Notes under the pieces: generated by a model | What the model saw: the letters and a program-made list of their open reading frames with translations, nothing else | The model's database searches: none | What the model was told of the DNA's origin: nothing | Program-made: the position numbers and the translations under genes | Part shown: positions 1-12,524 of the stretch, piece by piece | Position numbering within the stretch: the stretch's first letter is position 1 | Layout: every line of letters starts with the position of its first letter | Source: Octopus vulgaris | Taxonomy: Eukaryota | Assembly (NCBI GenBank): GCA_951406725.2 | Contig: OX597820.1 | Location: 12,524,001 to 12,588,000, forward strand | Direction: 5' to 3' | Length of the DNA stretch: 64,000 bases

Positions 1-752
1 AAAATTTCTTGGAGATCCGTGTTGTTACATGTATTTATACTTTCAGGGACCGTCTAGTTTTGGTGTCAGAGAGACAGCATTTCATGTTAATCAATGTGCA
101 TGGATTTTGTTATTTTGCCTGATGTTTTCTTTATTGGTTCTCTTTGGATTCATATACTGTAACCTATGTTGTCCTCTTGTGATGAATGTTTTCATACCTT
201 TTGCTGTTACGGGTGTGTTTGAGGGAATATTTTGCTGTTTTTGTATTTGGTTCAATATTTCGAAGGGTACATTTCGTGACTGGCATCATCTTTGACTATA
301 TTAACTCGTTTTTCTTTGTAATGCCCAATCCATTTCCAATACGGTGTGTTCTAAAGCAATTCTCTTGTGTATAAATGTTAATTCATTGTATGTGTTATCG
401 TTTCTGTTGATCAGTTCTCTTTCACTTTTAGAGTACGTGTATATTTTATGTGATACGTTCGTTCGTGGTGTTTTCATTGATTTGTAGTATATTATTTGTT
501 ACATACGCATACAAACACACACGATGACTGTCTACTCGTACGACGAACATGACAATCGCTAACATGTTTCAGCAGTACCCGTACAAAAGTTCTTGGTCAA
601 GCGCATAATGCGAAATACAACAGCGATTCTCATTAACAATACCAAAAAGTCACGAATAGAGAAAAGAGTACATATATATATATATACTGTACTTTCAATG
701 ACAGAAAACTTTACGAAACTGTACTCCATCTATCTGTTGAGAGATAAATATA

Positions 753-982
753 ATTTATTTAAGGGACACAATACATTTCTTTAAGAGCTGCTAATAGTTT
801 TATATGTTGGCAAATATCTCATATTCATCAGGTAAACACCACATATAACGTTTCTTCTCTTATTCAATTCTTTAGTTCCCTTATAATATGGATTTGTGCC
901 TGATGAATATGTTTAAGATACTTCTCAACATATGAAACTATTAGTAGCACTTAAAGACATATATTGTCTCCTTTAAATAAAT
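753..982. mobile_element. Penelope-like pseudo-LTR remnant as an inverted pair (fold-back)
   Basis: 753-832 is a diverged reverse complement of 899-982 (catattcatcagg vs cctgatgaatatg; atttatttaagggacacaat vs attgtctcctttaaataaat). Hammerhead plus AATAAA plus an inverted partial copy is typical of PLE ends. Confidence 0.7.
896..950 (+). ncRNA. Type I hammerhead ribozyme (minimal, Penelope-like pseudo-LTR type), canonical core
   Basis: Reads GTGC-CTGATGA-ATATGTT(13 nt)AACATAT-GAA-ACTA-T-TAGT-A-GCAC: helix I GTGC/GCAC, core CUGAUGA, 7-bp helix II, GAA, helix III ACTA/TAGT with 1-nt loop, cleavage triplet GUA (predicted cut after 946). AATAAA at 976-981, then a TA microsatellite. Confidence 0.85.
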
Positions 983-1000
983 GATGTATATGTATGTATG

Positions 1001-1040
<40 letters not shown>

Positions 1041-1269
1041 TAGATGGATAGATAGATACATACATAGATACATAGATACATAGATAGATACACCACCACC
1101 CTATCACACCAAACACCACACGCCACACACCACCATACCACACCACATCACACCACCCGGCACACACTAGTAGTAACCACTTCCCAGCACCTACGCCATC
1201 ATCCACACACCTACACATACACACACGCACAGGTCAATGTCACCATCCCTCTTCCACACGCACATACAC

Positions 1270-1565
1270 ACTCTCACATATATTACACACGCGCACCTTC
1301 GTTTTGGGATCAGCACTACTTTATTATCTACCCTTCTTCCTTGCTCTGCTGTGTCACCCCTCTGTTCGGCATTCGCCATGATAGGTCGCTAGCCACTAAA
1401 CCTTTCTCTATTTTCTCTCCCTGTTTATTTCTGTGTTCCTTTCTATCGACGAGTGTAGGCTCGCAACGTTAAATATTCTCTCATTTCCCGAGCGTTAAAA
1501 TAACGCATCTGTTTTTTGTTTATACACCCGTCTTCCTCTTTTGTTTTTTGTAAATTCTCACTATA
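1270..1565 (+). mobile_element. Non-autonomous repeat with CUGUUGA hammerhead-like motif, copy 1 (most decayed)
   Basis: Aligns by eye with 37810-37965 and 45840-46015 (gttcctttct...gagtgtaggctcg...ttcccgagcgttaaa...aaattctcact); ends in TA-rich sequence. Confidence 0.6.
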
Positions 1566-1816
1566 TATTTATATTCTTTTGAATAATAACAGTGAAATCT
1601 TCGAAATATATGTCGAAAGTAATACTATTTGATTTATACCTTCGTTAACCTCCATTTATTTATTTATATATCATACACAAACTTCCACGTAAACACGAAT
1701 TTTCTACCTTTAAAAACAAGGAGTTACAACCTCTTTACTTGTGTGATTTTTTGCTACCCTGGTAACTATTTATTTATTTTTTCCGTGTTAATTGTTAACA
1801 AGGCAAAAGTACACTC

Positions 1817-1875
<59 letters not shown>

Positions 1876-2257
1876 CGATTCATTGCGGTTCATTTAGCTT
1901 TCTTGTATGGGTTTGTTATATTTTTTTAAATAAGTTGTTTTTTATTGTGTGTATCAGTATATGTAAAATCATTTTATTTTTCAATTTATATATTTTGCAT
2001 TCACGTTTTACATTATTCGTTTATTTTTCTTCATCAATTTTGACGCTTTTCTTATAGGGACTGTGCATGTTTTATATTGTGTTAATATTTATAGGAATGT
2101 AGCACTTCAAAATAGTATTCATTGGTCCAACGGTCTGATATTTCTTTCTTTATTTGTGGCACTTGATGTAGGGGACGGCCCAGTTAATTCACATTGAATC
2201 TTCTGTGGGAAGATGTAAAACGCGTTATACATTTCATTCGCTATGAGTTCATACCAA

Positions 2258-2437
2258 ATCATCATCATCATTGTTCGACCGTGGTCGAGACAATGGAATT
2301 TACCATGCTACACCAGACTTCACGGTCCATCATGGCATTACGGAGGTCCTGTTGCTGGATGCCTGTATCCCTGGAGATTACATCAGGGTAGGAGAGTGTG
2401 CGCCCTCTGGTATTGCGAGTAGATGGCTTCCAGAGCC
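2258..2437 (-). mobile_element. RTE-clade LINE 3' end fragment
   Basis: Minus-strand translation WKPSTRNTRGRTLSYPDVISRDTGIQQQDLRNAMMDREVWCSMV* resembles the RTE ORF C-terminus (RGRP...Y.D.......AM.DR..W), followed by a (TGA)n tail. Confidence 0.75.
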
Positions 2438-2602
2438 AAAAGTAAATCATACCAAAAGTATGATACGAAATTCTAAATATGTCGTGATCTGGACCACTAT
2501 TTTTGTAGCTCTTTGATGTTTTAATGGATACGGGTAATTTGTTGTAAACAAGTGTCTCTTATATTTTACATTCATTTTATTTAATTTTGCTTATCTGTCA
2601 TG

Positions 2603-2687
2603 GCTTAGTTATAAATATAAGATTTATTTTGCTTAATTATAAATACAAGATTTATTTTGCTTAATTATAAGTATAAGGTTTATTTTT
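2603..2687. repeat. 28-bp tandem repeat, about 3 copies
   Basis: gcttaattataaatacaagatttatttt repeated with minor variants. Confidence 0.8.
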
Positions 2688-2926
2688 GTGTTCATGTTGT
2701 TATTCAGCCCAGACGGTTTACCTTCATCACCATTATGTTCGTTATCATTATGTTATTATTATTTTCGTTATCATTATATTATCATTGTTACCATTATGTT
2801 GACCTTCATCATCATTTTCGTCGTCGTTATCATCGTAATAATATTTATAATGGTAAATGCAATAACAACAACAACAATCATAATTATAATAGATAACATC
2901 ATAACAAACATCATCATTAAGTCTCC

Positions 2927-3124
2927 GGCGTGCTGGCAGAGTCGGGAAAAAAGCTGAGCGCCATTTCGTCCATCTGCACGATCTGAGTTCAAATTCTGCC
3001 GAGGTCGACTTTGCCTTTCATTTTTCCGGGGTCGATAAATTAAATACAATAAAAATATCGGGGTCAATATCATTGACTAGTTCCCTCCCAACAAATTTCT
3101 AGTTCTGTGCCTTTTGTTGAAGGG

Positions 3125-3125
<1 letters not shown>
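2927..3125 (+). mobile_element. tRNA-derived SINE family A
   Basis: A-box-like gctggcaga, B-box gagttcaaattc, core gccgaggtcgactttgcctttcat...ggggtcgataaa; followed by (ATT)n. Confidence 0.85.
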
Positions 3126-3159
<34 letters not shown>

Positions 3160-3425
3160 CATTATGGTTTTTTTCCTTCTTTCTTCAAATTTTCTTCCGT
3201 TTCTCGCCGAGTGTTTTCCATACACCTGTGGCAGAGAAGCTCATTGTGTGCATTACCAGATTACACACGCAAATTCACAGATACAATATGTATTTAAAAA
3301 TTAATAAATAAATAAATTCATGGATGGATGTTGCTTTCACAGCGATAATGCTCTTCTAAGTACATGAGCAGTTCCAGTTAATACGATTTTTTGCACTTCC
3401 CGTAGGGATGGTAAGCCTGGAATCA

Positions 3426-3481
<56 letters not shown>

Positions 3482-3513
3482 CATTATTATTATTATTATT
3501 ATTATTAATATTG

Positions 3514-3706
3514 AGGCAGTGAGCTGGTGGAATCTTAGTGACATATCTTCAGGCTCTTTACATTCTGACTTCAAATACCTCTGAGATCAAATCTGCCTTT
3601 CATCCTTTCGAGTTCGATAATATAAAGTACCATCAGAGTACTGGTGTCGTTGATTTGACTTGCTTTGTCATTTCAAAGCTGGTGGCCTTGTGCCAAATTC
3701 GAAATT
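3514..3706 (+). mobile_element. SINE family A (diverged)
   Basis: aggcagtgagctgg head and gcctttcatcctttcg...cgataa...aagtacca core. Confidence 0.75.
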
Positions 3707-4479
3707 ATTATTAGTAATTCTGTTCTGTGTTTGCTTCGTGAACAGTTAGTGGCTTGTGTTAGAAATATTTTGAATCGTTTCGTTTTGTTTGGAAATTTCG
3801 TAAAATAAGGACCCCTAATTCACTGTGTCAAGAGAGGGATAGTAAGACCCCTCTCGTACCCTAAAAAATTTCATAGTATCATAAATTTTGAAATTTTGAA
3901 TAATGGTGATAGAAGAACCCTCACCTTCCAAACTGTATGATGTGGTAGATGAGGAACTAATTCCTTTGCTCTTAACTCAACACTAACATCATCAGTATGA
4001 CTACTATCGTAGTAGTAACGGACTATCAAACGAATGCGATAGCAACAGCAAGAACGACGATAGTAACAACCCATGAGTCATTAACTCTAACAGGCTACTT
4101 CAGGGTTTGCTCATGGTAACCACACAGAAAAGAAATTTTGATACGCACAGGAAACAAGACATTAAGTTAGATGGCTTCTTTTCTGTTTCCCTTCTTTGTT
4201 TTTCTATCAAAATACCGTCCATAAGTGTGGATTACGTAAATGCAGATTGCCTGGAATCGCCATTGAAAGAAACGTTATTAGAGGAAAATCGATGATGATT
4301 AGTAAGAAATTAAGGATAAAGAATTTTAGAATACAGAGAGAGAGAAAGAAAGAGAGAGATAAAGAGAGGAGGGAGGAAGGAGAGAGGGGTGGAGAAAGAG
4401 AGAGAGAGAGAGCTGGTTAGAAAAGTAGAACTTAGGAAAGGCATTGTAACAGATGTGCTGGACTTGTGAGATTTGTGTT

Positions 4480-5870
4480 GTCAGGACTACAGTGCGTTCT
4501 CTCTGGTATGAAGCAAGCAAACCGCTCGATGGGCCCAGTTAGTAGAGGTGCAACATGATGAAAAAGCTACAGTCTGGCCTTTGACGATTCAGGAGGAGCG
4601 CATGTAACTCGATGTCAAGCATATTTATATAATTCTTCTGCGGAACTTCACTCCACAGTTTAGGGCGGACTGTGGATCGGAGATGGACGAAGTTTAACAC
4701 CTTGTTGCGGTTCTCTGATACGGAATCGGAGTTCCACCAAAGGCTACTGGCATCTGATGAAATACGAGAAGGGAAGGCTGGTTGCACGAGTCAAAAGAAG
4801 CCGGGTTGGATGGTCTGCTCTGCGAGCATTATTGTAATATGTCATACGTGTCCGAAGAATCTCTTGGCAGATGTTCATTGCAACTAGCAGATGAACCCGT
4901 AACTCCAAGTCCTGCAACATTTGCGGAGGTGCTGCTGATAAAGAACTCGAGCAAGGGTGGATGGGGGAGGGAGAATTTTAACAAATTCTGAACTTTAATA
5001 AAAGTAGAGCTGAAGAGTTTTGTTAAGGTACCAGCTACAATGTTGGCACTTATCTTTTGTATTCTGGTTGGTGAGATGCAGACATTCGCCATATAAAACT
5101 GTTGTAGTCACAAAACCAACACCTACCTCAAGTGATACATCGTAGAAAGGGTGGTCAATGAGCCTGTCTTGTGTGGAGCCCTGATCAATTCAGATCACTT
5201 GAAAGCTTTCGATTCTGCTGACTGTCAAACACTTAACGGCAGTTTTGGAGACGGCTGGTTTTCGGGTGGACTTCAGAAGTTGGGTTGCTGCAACGTATTG
5301 CTCGAACCACTACAACAGAAGTTAGAAGTTTCGGGAGGAATCTTCTGTGAACTACGATGTGGAAGTCCTGTTGCAGTATATGCAGATTACGTCATCGTAA
5401 TAGTGTTGGGTCAAACACATCGAGATGAGTGACACTGTTCTAAAGGAGGACAAAGCGGTGATAAAAACAATTAACCCGGTAAAGTCTTTGAAGCTCGGTA
5501 CCTGGAGAAGGATTTCTAGGCCGACTGAGAGCATTGCGGTAGTACTGGACTGACATATTAAATTTCTTGAGATCCGGTTTTATCCAGACCTCCAGGTGAA
5601 TAAGAAGGAGACGAGCGTCGTAGCTAATATGGCTTAGGAATGAGCAGGGAGGAAGCCATAGGACTTTTTAGGAGTAGATCATTGGTGAGAAACGACTTCA
5701 TTACAACCGTCATCTTCTACTGCCTGACTGTCGAACCTTAATCAGCCTCATGGTCGCACAGATTGGAGCACTAGCCCTTCTACTTTCCATGTAGCAGATG
5801 ATTTCCTCTGGTGAGACGTTCCATTTACTGTCCACCACCACACCGGCACCATTATTAGACATTGCAGAGA
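4480..5870 (+). mobile_element. Decayed Tx1/L1-type LINE reverse transcriptase region (pseudogenised)
   Basis: Broken frames give GLDGLLCEHY (cf. SPGLDGL), ALINSDHLKAFDSAD (cf. LDQSKAFDRVD) and VYADYVIVIV (cf. YADD) in the correct order, with stops and frameshifts. Confidence 0.75.
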
Positions 5871-6589
5871 AAGTACGTTCTATTTTCGCTGTAAAAAATT
5901 TCAAATATTTCGAGGAAATATCTGCTATGCAGAAGAATTGACCTGCTTTCCTCTGAGCTGTTCCATTTTGGTCTTTCCCCTACTGAGTTGTAAAGTGGAA
6001 TCTAATTTATGTTCTGTATTTACCAAATTCATAATTTTCTCAGAATGGATCATTGAGAAGTAATAAAAATGACTATAGCCGAAAAATGTATCAAAGAGTG
6101 AAGAGGATCGTATTAGATAGAAAAAGAGAAAACGGAAAAGAAAGACGTGGTTAACGTTTGTTTTGATTGTACCACCATTAATACAGTCGTGGTCACGACG
6201 GTCAGCGGTCACGAAAATAAATGTCTGTTCCGTTAAGTTTCTCACACATTAACGAATAACACGTAACCACAATAACGACAAACAAAAACAAAAAATACAA
6301 AAATGCTAATTGCGGAAATGATCACAGCAAATACAAAAAGCGTATTTGTTTACACCGGTCAGAAACCAGTGTAGAATTTCTACTTAGAAATGTTCAAACA
6401 CGATACAAACCAACCCGGAGAGGAAAAAGAATACTACAACTTTACAATTCTCTATGTGAAACAGCGTGGTGCAGTTACATTAGATATTGAAAATATTTTG
6501 TTGATGCTGAAGGCGCCAACCACCTTTAATTTTGTGACAACATAAACTTGTCAGATTTTGTCTGTTATATTCTTAATGTAAGCCATTAT

Positions 6590-6937
6590 TATTGTTTTCA
6601 GTCGTGTTTGTTTGTCCCTAGACAAGATATCTCAAGAATCACTGAGTGGATTCGGATGAAACTTTTAGGGATGGTTGGCCTCGTTACTGACCCAAACTGA
6701 TTAGATTTTGGGATCGTTCCGGTACCGGACGAGGATTTGGGATTATTTTCCTGTTTTTTTTTTTTTTACTAAATTTTTGAGTGTGATCGGGTTCATTTTT
6801 AGTATTCTCCTTTGTGAGAGCAGTCGAGTGTGTTTCAGATATTCTCATTAAAAAAAAAAAAATCATCTCCTGCTAATCGTTGAGCAGACGTTGGTATTGC
6901 CTTGGCGAAGGTTTGCACTCTGTGGGTGCTCTTGTTT
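6590..6937 (+). mobile_element. Helentron-associated non-autonomous element (HINE/DINE-1-like)
   Basis: gtttgtttgtcc short repeat, ggattcggatgaaact core, and 3' end ccttggcgaaggt + hairpin gcactc-tgt-gggtgc + tcttgttt, matching known HINE end architecture. 5' subterminal inverted repeat not recognisable. Confidence 0.6.
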
Positions 6938-7299
6938 ATCTTATGTTACTCTTTAGAATAACTAGCATATTTTATGTTTAAGGGAAAGATAAGCTGTGAG
7001 GTTACATGTTCCCAGAATCTTGGTCATGCAAATTATAAAACGAATTCAAAGTGCCTGGTGAGAGTGACAATATGCTGCGTTAAATAGACAAAATACATTT
7101 TATTTCCTACGAGTACATCCTATGAACTATTATGCTTTACACTATATAAAGACAGATGGGAAAAAGATGGATCTGGAGTGCCGGATGTTGGTAGCTATAG
7201 TGGTGAAGTTAAACGAGGGAATGATAGTGGTTGAGGCGATTCTGAGCACGAATGTTGTTGAAACGTGCTTGAGGGAGATATAGGATGGCATAGAGAGGA

Positions 7300-7467
7300 T
7301 AATGGTGATAATGATAATTAGTTGTTGTTTTGGATTGGGATCATGGTGGTGGTGGTGGTGATGTGGAATGAGAATAAAAATGGAGGGATGATAATGATGA
7401 TGACAATCATGAGGATGATGATTACGATGATGACGATGATGATTACGATGATGATGATGATGACGAC

Positions 7468-7523
<56 letters not shown>

Positions 7524-7760
7524 GAATGTTGATGATGCGAATGTTGATGATGATGATGATAGTGCAGGTGGGGTGTTAAGACTGCGGAGGGGGTGATGAT
7601 AAATGAGAATTGTGATGGTGATGGCGGAAATAGTGTTTTTGATGACGATGATCCTGATGGTGATGATTGTTAGGAGCAGGAAGAGGAGGAAGAGGAGGAG
7701 AATAATCATGGTGTTAATGATGGAAGTGATGCTAAGAGTTGTAGATGTGTTACGGACGGA
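7300..7760. repeat. (GAT)n microsatellite with degenerate flanks
   Basis: Pure GAT run about 7470-7520 inside a degenerate trinucleotide tract. Confidence 0.9.
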
Positions 7761-8429
7761 TAGCATAATTGTGCGCCATGATAATGATGGTGGCTTGATA
7801 AGGTATATGTCTTGCGTGCGGATCAAACCTTTGTGATGATGGTGAATGTGGTGGCATTATTCTCATTTTGCTTTTGGATAACGTGAATAAGGTGTTACTG
7901 CATCCATTTCCGGGATTGCGATAACACCACTCCACATCATTTCACCTCTGTCATCATCACCATCATCATCACCAACACTGCTCATACGGCCAATATCATC
8001 ATCATCATAAATCCCACATATGTTGCCTTCACGAGTCATAAGTACATCATCACATAAGCATAATCTTAGCCCTCAACTACAATTAAACCTACAAACCATC
8101 GGCATCACCATCAGTGCCATTGTTATATTTACCAACTACTTTCTTCTCCACCTCCCTCTCCTCCCCATCTTTGCCATTATTATAATTATCATGATCATCA
8201 TCAACAACATCATTATCGCCTTCTTCCTCATCTCAGCTTAGCACCACCACAAAATCGTCGTCGTTGTCGTCGCCATCATCATCATCAGCAGCAGAAGCAT
8301 CACTTCATCATCATCATCTACGTCGGTACCCGGTAATATTCTCCACTCCACTGCCACACACAATGTCAAAATTAACATGGTGGATGTCACAATCTCTAAA
8401 AGTATAGCCTCCACCATTATCATTACTAG

Positions 8430-8461
<32 letters not shown>

Positions 8462-9193
8462 AGTATAGCCTTAGTATAGTTTTCTAAACTGAATCGTATG
8501 TCGATTCAACTACTAAGCCCGTTTACTATCTGTGGAAGTGTTTCGCATTATCTATTTCTTGCAGCATACAATTAATGTTTAATTACACACCAACAAAGCA
8601 GCTGAATGTCCACTCAGAATGTCCACTCTTATATCGGACTCCAGCACAGTTAAATTTTGAGCGCTAGATAGGTGTAGAGTCAAGGAGTTCCTTTATATTT
8701 TAACCCTTCTAACAAAGGTGGAGTTAGTTTCTATGATTCACATTTTTGTCACTATATGTAATTATGTTCCTTTTACTGACATATTTCTAAGGTTTCTTTT
8801 TTATTCTTGTTGGTCTTTGGAAATATGACGGTTTTTGCCTTATGTGAACAAGTCAGGTGTTTTGTCTAATTAATTTAGTGTCTTATTAAACATGCTTTAA
8901 ACTACATTACATATCATTCTGCCTTCCAAATTATTTTTCTTGGATTGAGATGTAACCCCATGATTGTTCACGCAGTGTGATTTGAACAATTTTGACCGTT
9001 GAAATTCCTTCGCTGCACAGGCAACACACAGAATGTATTTTTAGTCAGAGAAAACTTCTCAAATAGACTAGGTTTTTGCGACTTGGCGAAGATCTGTTTC
9101 AGGGTTTCTTTAATTTGAAGTATGCCTTGTTTTATTATGTTATATTTCTGTAATATTGGTGTTCCCTCTTTTATCAGTGGTATATTTTGTTAA

Positions 9194-10009
9194 TATTGGG
9201 TCATCCCATAAATGATGCAGTTTTTTATTACTTCTTTTATTTTTCGAGATTAAGATAAGCAAAGGTCTTTTTAGATCTGAAATATATTCTCCTTTTCTAC
9301 AATGCCCTTCCATCTATCTGGTAGACTTCCAAGGCCCCTCTTCCAAAATTCACTTGTCCGTGACGTAAAATACTCCTCCAGTACTGTTCCGACCTCTTCC
9401 ACAGAATTCGTATTTTTCCGTCCAACTGATTTTGAAGACTGCAGAATAAATGATAATCAAATGGAGCAATGCCTGGCGAATATGGTGGATTGGGCATCGT
9501 TTACCATTCAAACTGCTCCAGCCATTGAAATGTCATCCTCACCGTATGTGGCCGAGCATTATCCTGATGAAAGAACACCTTTCGTCAGGAAACCAACGAT
9601 GGTTGTTTCTCTTCTAACGCTGACTTGAATGACTGGTTGAATGACAAAATCCAAGCTTCTCTGCTAGTTTCTCAGTAGTTGCGATGGGATTTTGTTCCAC
9701 TAGGGTTTGCAGGATGTCCTCGTCGAGCTCTACAGATGTTTCAGGACGAAGCTCGTCTTCTAGGCTGTAGTTTCCGGCTCGGAATTTCTGGAACCACCGT
9801 TGATACTGGCTTACGCTTATTGTCCAATCCCCACATACTGCATTAATATTCCTCGCACTTTCCATTGCGTTGTTGCCCTTATTGAACGCCTAAAGCAAAA
9901 TATACCAAACATGCTTCTTTGTCACTTCCATTATAGCTTTGAAAAAAATAACTGCCTGTCTCTCTCTAACTTTTAGAAAAACCCGCATTATTTATGGGAT
10001 GACCAAGTA
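9194..10009 (-). mobile_element. Mariner (Tc1/mariner) transposon, internally deleted, non-autonomous
   Basis: TA-flanked TIRs ttgggtcatcccataaatgatgcagttttt and aaaacccgcattatttatgggatgaccaag. Transposase remnants QRWFQKFRAGNYSLEDE (HTH), VFFHQDNARPH and PPYSPGIAPFDYHLF (YSPDLAPSD motif). About 810 bp versus about 1.3 kb for a full mariner. Confidence 0.92.
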
Positions 10010-11228
10010 CCTTTTCCACTAATAAAGCGAATGTTTCTCTTGTTTCTCTTTCTTTTCTGTCTTTGTTTTCCAACGTGCTTGCTTGGATTTCTATATTCCG
10101 TATGAGTAGACCCAGCTCAACACATTAAATATATGCAGAGTATTCTTTTAACCTGTGGATATAGACATTCGGAAATGTTTTGATTAAGTGGGCCACAGCC
10201 GATACAGTTTCATCGTTGGACATTTATCTTTGGGAGGTACTCTAGTTAGTGAATAGAAAAATGTTACCTCTTTAATTATTTCAACATTTAGATTGTGATC
10301 TTTACGATTTTAAACTGTACAATTTCTGCAATTTAATTTTATTTATCACGACAATGACTCGTGTATTCATTCTTAATTATTTTCGGTAGATTCGAACATG
10401 AATATGATAATTGCAATTGCATCTCATCAATGAAGAACAAACCATTCTTTTGAACGGGAGTGTATTCCTGACATACTCAATTCATTAGCGTAAGGTGACC
10501 TTAGGGCACCCGGCATTTTGACATCATTCTCTCCTGAAGCAAATTTGAAAATGATTACCCATTTTATTTATTCTATTTGTGTTGGCCCCTATTCTGGCTT
10601 GCAGGTGTAATTTCTCCTGACATGAAGCACTTAACGACCGTAGTTTTGTTTCGGTTTAGATTGCGGCAGTGAAATATTCATGTAGAATATTAGCATTTTC
10701 CTATCGTGAGCATTCTAGCTTTTGTGTTTTATTTGCGAATCTTGATTTTCATTGCCAGCTTTTACTTTGGTTACCATGTTTTTGTTTCTGGATATGTCAA
10801 GTTTTGCGCAGAGTGTTACGAAGGGAATTGTTTCTAATTTTAAAATTTCGCATATTAATGCTATTTGCCATCTTTTGGTTAATGTGTTTCGAAGCCGTCC
10901 TCTGTTAATATGGCATGTTTTCCTTAATTTATTTACACGTGATATTTGAGTTAAAATTATCATTTCCATTAAGTTAATTATATGACGCTGGCGTCAATAA
11001 AGTTTATTAAAATTACAAAAATGGTTATCCTTAATTTTTCATTAGGTCCTGTTTCCGATTGATTTTCTTTATGACTTAATTGACATCAACAGATGTTACT
11101 CATTACTAATTTACTGCCCTCACATGTTAAACGTAAATACGTTTCCTTTTTGTTTTTCAATACCTTTTAGTGTTCACATTAAACACCCCGTGATGTTCTC
11201 TTAAGAGCGCCCTAGAATGTTATCATTA

Positions 11229-11733
11229 CTGAGTGAGAGAGCAGCGCATGCTATCAAAGTAACACTGGGGAACTAAAATTACGAAGCCCAATATAAGCAT
11301 CATGACTATCCGTCTGACAAGGGTACAACAAGCACATGGCGGCGAGCTGGCAGAAACGTTAGCACGCCGGTCGAAATGCTTAGCAGTATTTCGTCTGCCG
11401 TTACGTTGTGAGTTCAAATTCCGCCGAGGTCGACTTTGCCTCCTTTCATCCTTTCGAGGTCGATAAATAAGTACCAGTTACGCACTGGGGTCGATATAAT
11501 CGACTTAATGCCTATGTCTGTCCTTGTTTGTCCCCTCTTTGTTTAGCCCCTTGTGGATAATAAAGAAATAGGTACAACAAGCACATGCATCACAACCTTA
11601 CGTGCGTGACATAGGGATCTCATATCAAGGTAAACAGCGCATGATCTTGCAGGTGGAGCCCATTGAGAATTTTATTCAGGTCCAGTAGCCCATCTCACTC
11701 AAAAGGTTCCTGAATAAGAGTTGTTTAAGAATT
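11229..11733 (-). mobile_element. TAA-tailed non-autonomous retroelement family C, interrupted by a SINE
   Basis: Matches the copy at 18371-18846; split by a SINE A insertion with a target-site duplication. Confidence 0.8.
11338..11570 (+). mobile_element. SINE family A, full length, with 16-17 bp TSD
   Basis: ggcggcgagctggcagaaacgttagc...gagttcaaattccgccgaggtcgac...taataaagaaata; TSD ggtacaacaagcacat at 11322-11337 and 11571-11586. Confidence 0.93.
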
Positions 11734-11989
11734 CAGGCAAATTTGTATTGCATCACCTTTTACACCTCCTTGTTTCTGAGGAGGCATGTGCAGCATTGTG
11801 TGTTCTTTCTTTCGTTGCTGAGGGAGTGCAAACACTTCCCGATATTGTATTGTATCAGTTTATTTTGTTATAGGGTCTGATTGCCCTATTTCGTTTGTTT
11901 TGCCTGCTGTTTGTGTAATGCGAGCTGTGTTTTTCTGTTGGGTATCTGAGCTGTAGAGTACATGTGGGGTCTATTATTATTACTCTTAT

Positions 11990-12430
11990 TGAGTGAGCAA
12001 TCAGTGCATGTCATCAAAGTGACACTGCGTGAAAATATACGAAACATATCATAACTACCCGTCCGAATAGGGTACGCCAGGCACATGCATCACAAACACA
12101 TGTGCACGACATAGTGATCTCATAGCAAGATAAACAGCGATAAGCCTTGCAAGTTGGGCCAAGTTAAAATTTTCTTTACGTCGAGTAGCCCATCACAAAC
12201 AAAAGGGCCCCAAATAAGGTTTGTTTTAAGAATAATGAACAAAAGATCCATGTTTCCAAAGGTGAATTCTTCAAATCCCAAAGAATTCCTCCCAGCACAT
12301 GGCTATGATACGCCCCCACTACTTCTGCCCGTGATAAGAGATTCACATATCTTCAGCCACTAAAGGACATGCTCAACTGGTTAGGATCAAACAACTAAGA
12401 CCCATATCCGTTGTACTGAGTAAAATATTA
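11990..12430 (-). mobile_element. Family C retroelement copy
   Basis: gagtgagcaatcagtgcatgtcatcaaagtgacactg...ggacatgctcaactggtta, colinear with 18371-18846. Confidence 0.8.
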
Positions 12431-12492
12431 TCATTATATTCCTTCATCAAATTTACTTCCATTTCTCGCCGAGTATTTTCCGTACACCTAGG

Positions 12493-12494
<2 letters not shown>

Positions 12495-12524
<30 letters not shown>

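Noticed and set aside
1-470. Possible LINE ORF1/endonuclease start on the minus strand (LT*NAVSL, cf. TWN motif)
   Set aside because: A single degenerate motif at the window edge is too little to call a feature.
2603-2687. Short direct repeats as a possible CRISPR array (also 15066-15120 and 52536-52660)
   Set aside because: Head-to-tail repeats with no unique spacers, no cas genes and a eukaryotic context.
9564-9590. Hairpin cctgatgaaag/ctttcgtcagg containing CTGATGA
   Set aside because: It lies within mariner transposase coding sequence and has no hammerhead topology.
10020-11000. Overlapping 65-84 aa ORFs, possibly very old LINE debris (also 8520-9180, 39300-39590 and 44400-44760)
   Set aside because: No motif could be matched with confidence.
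11338-11430. tRNA-like A/B boxes
   Set aside because: SINE head with no complete cloverleaf; followed by SINE core and TSD.
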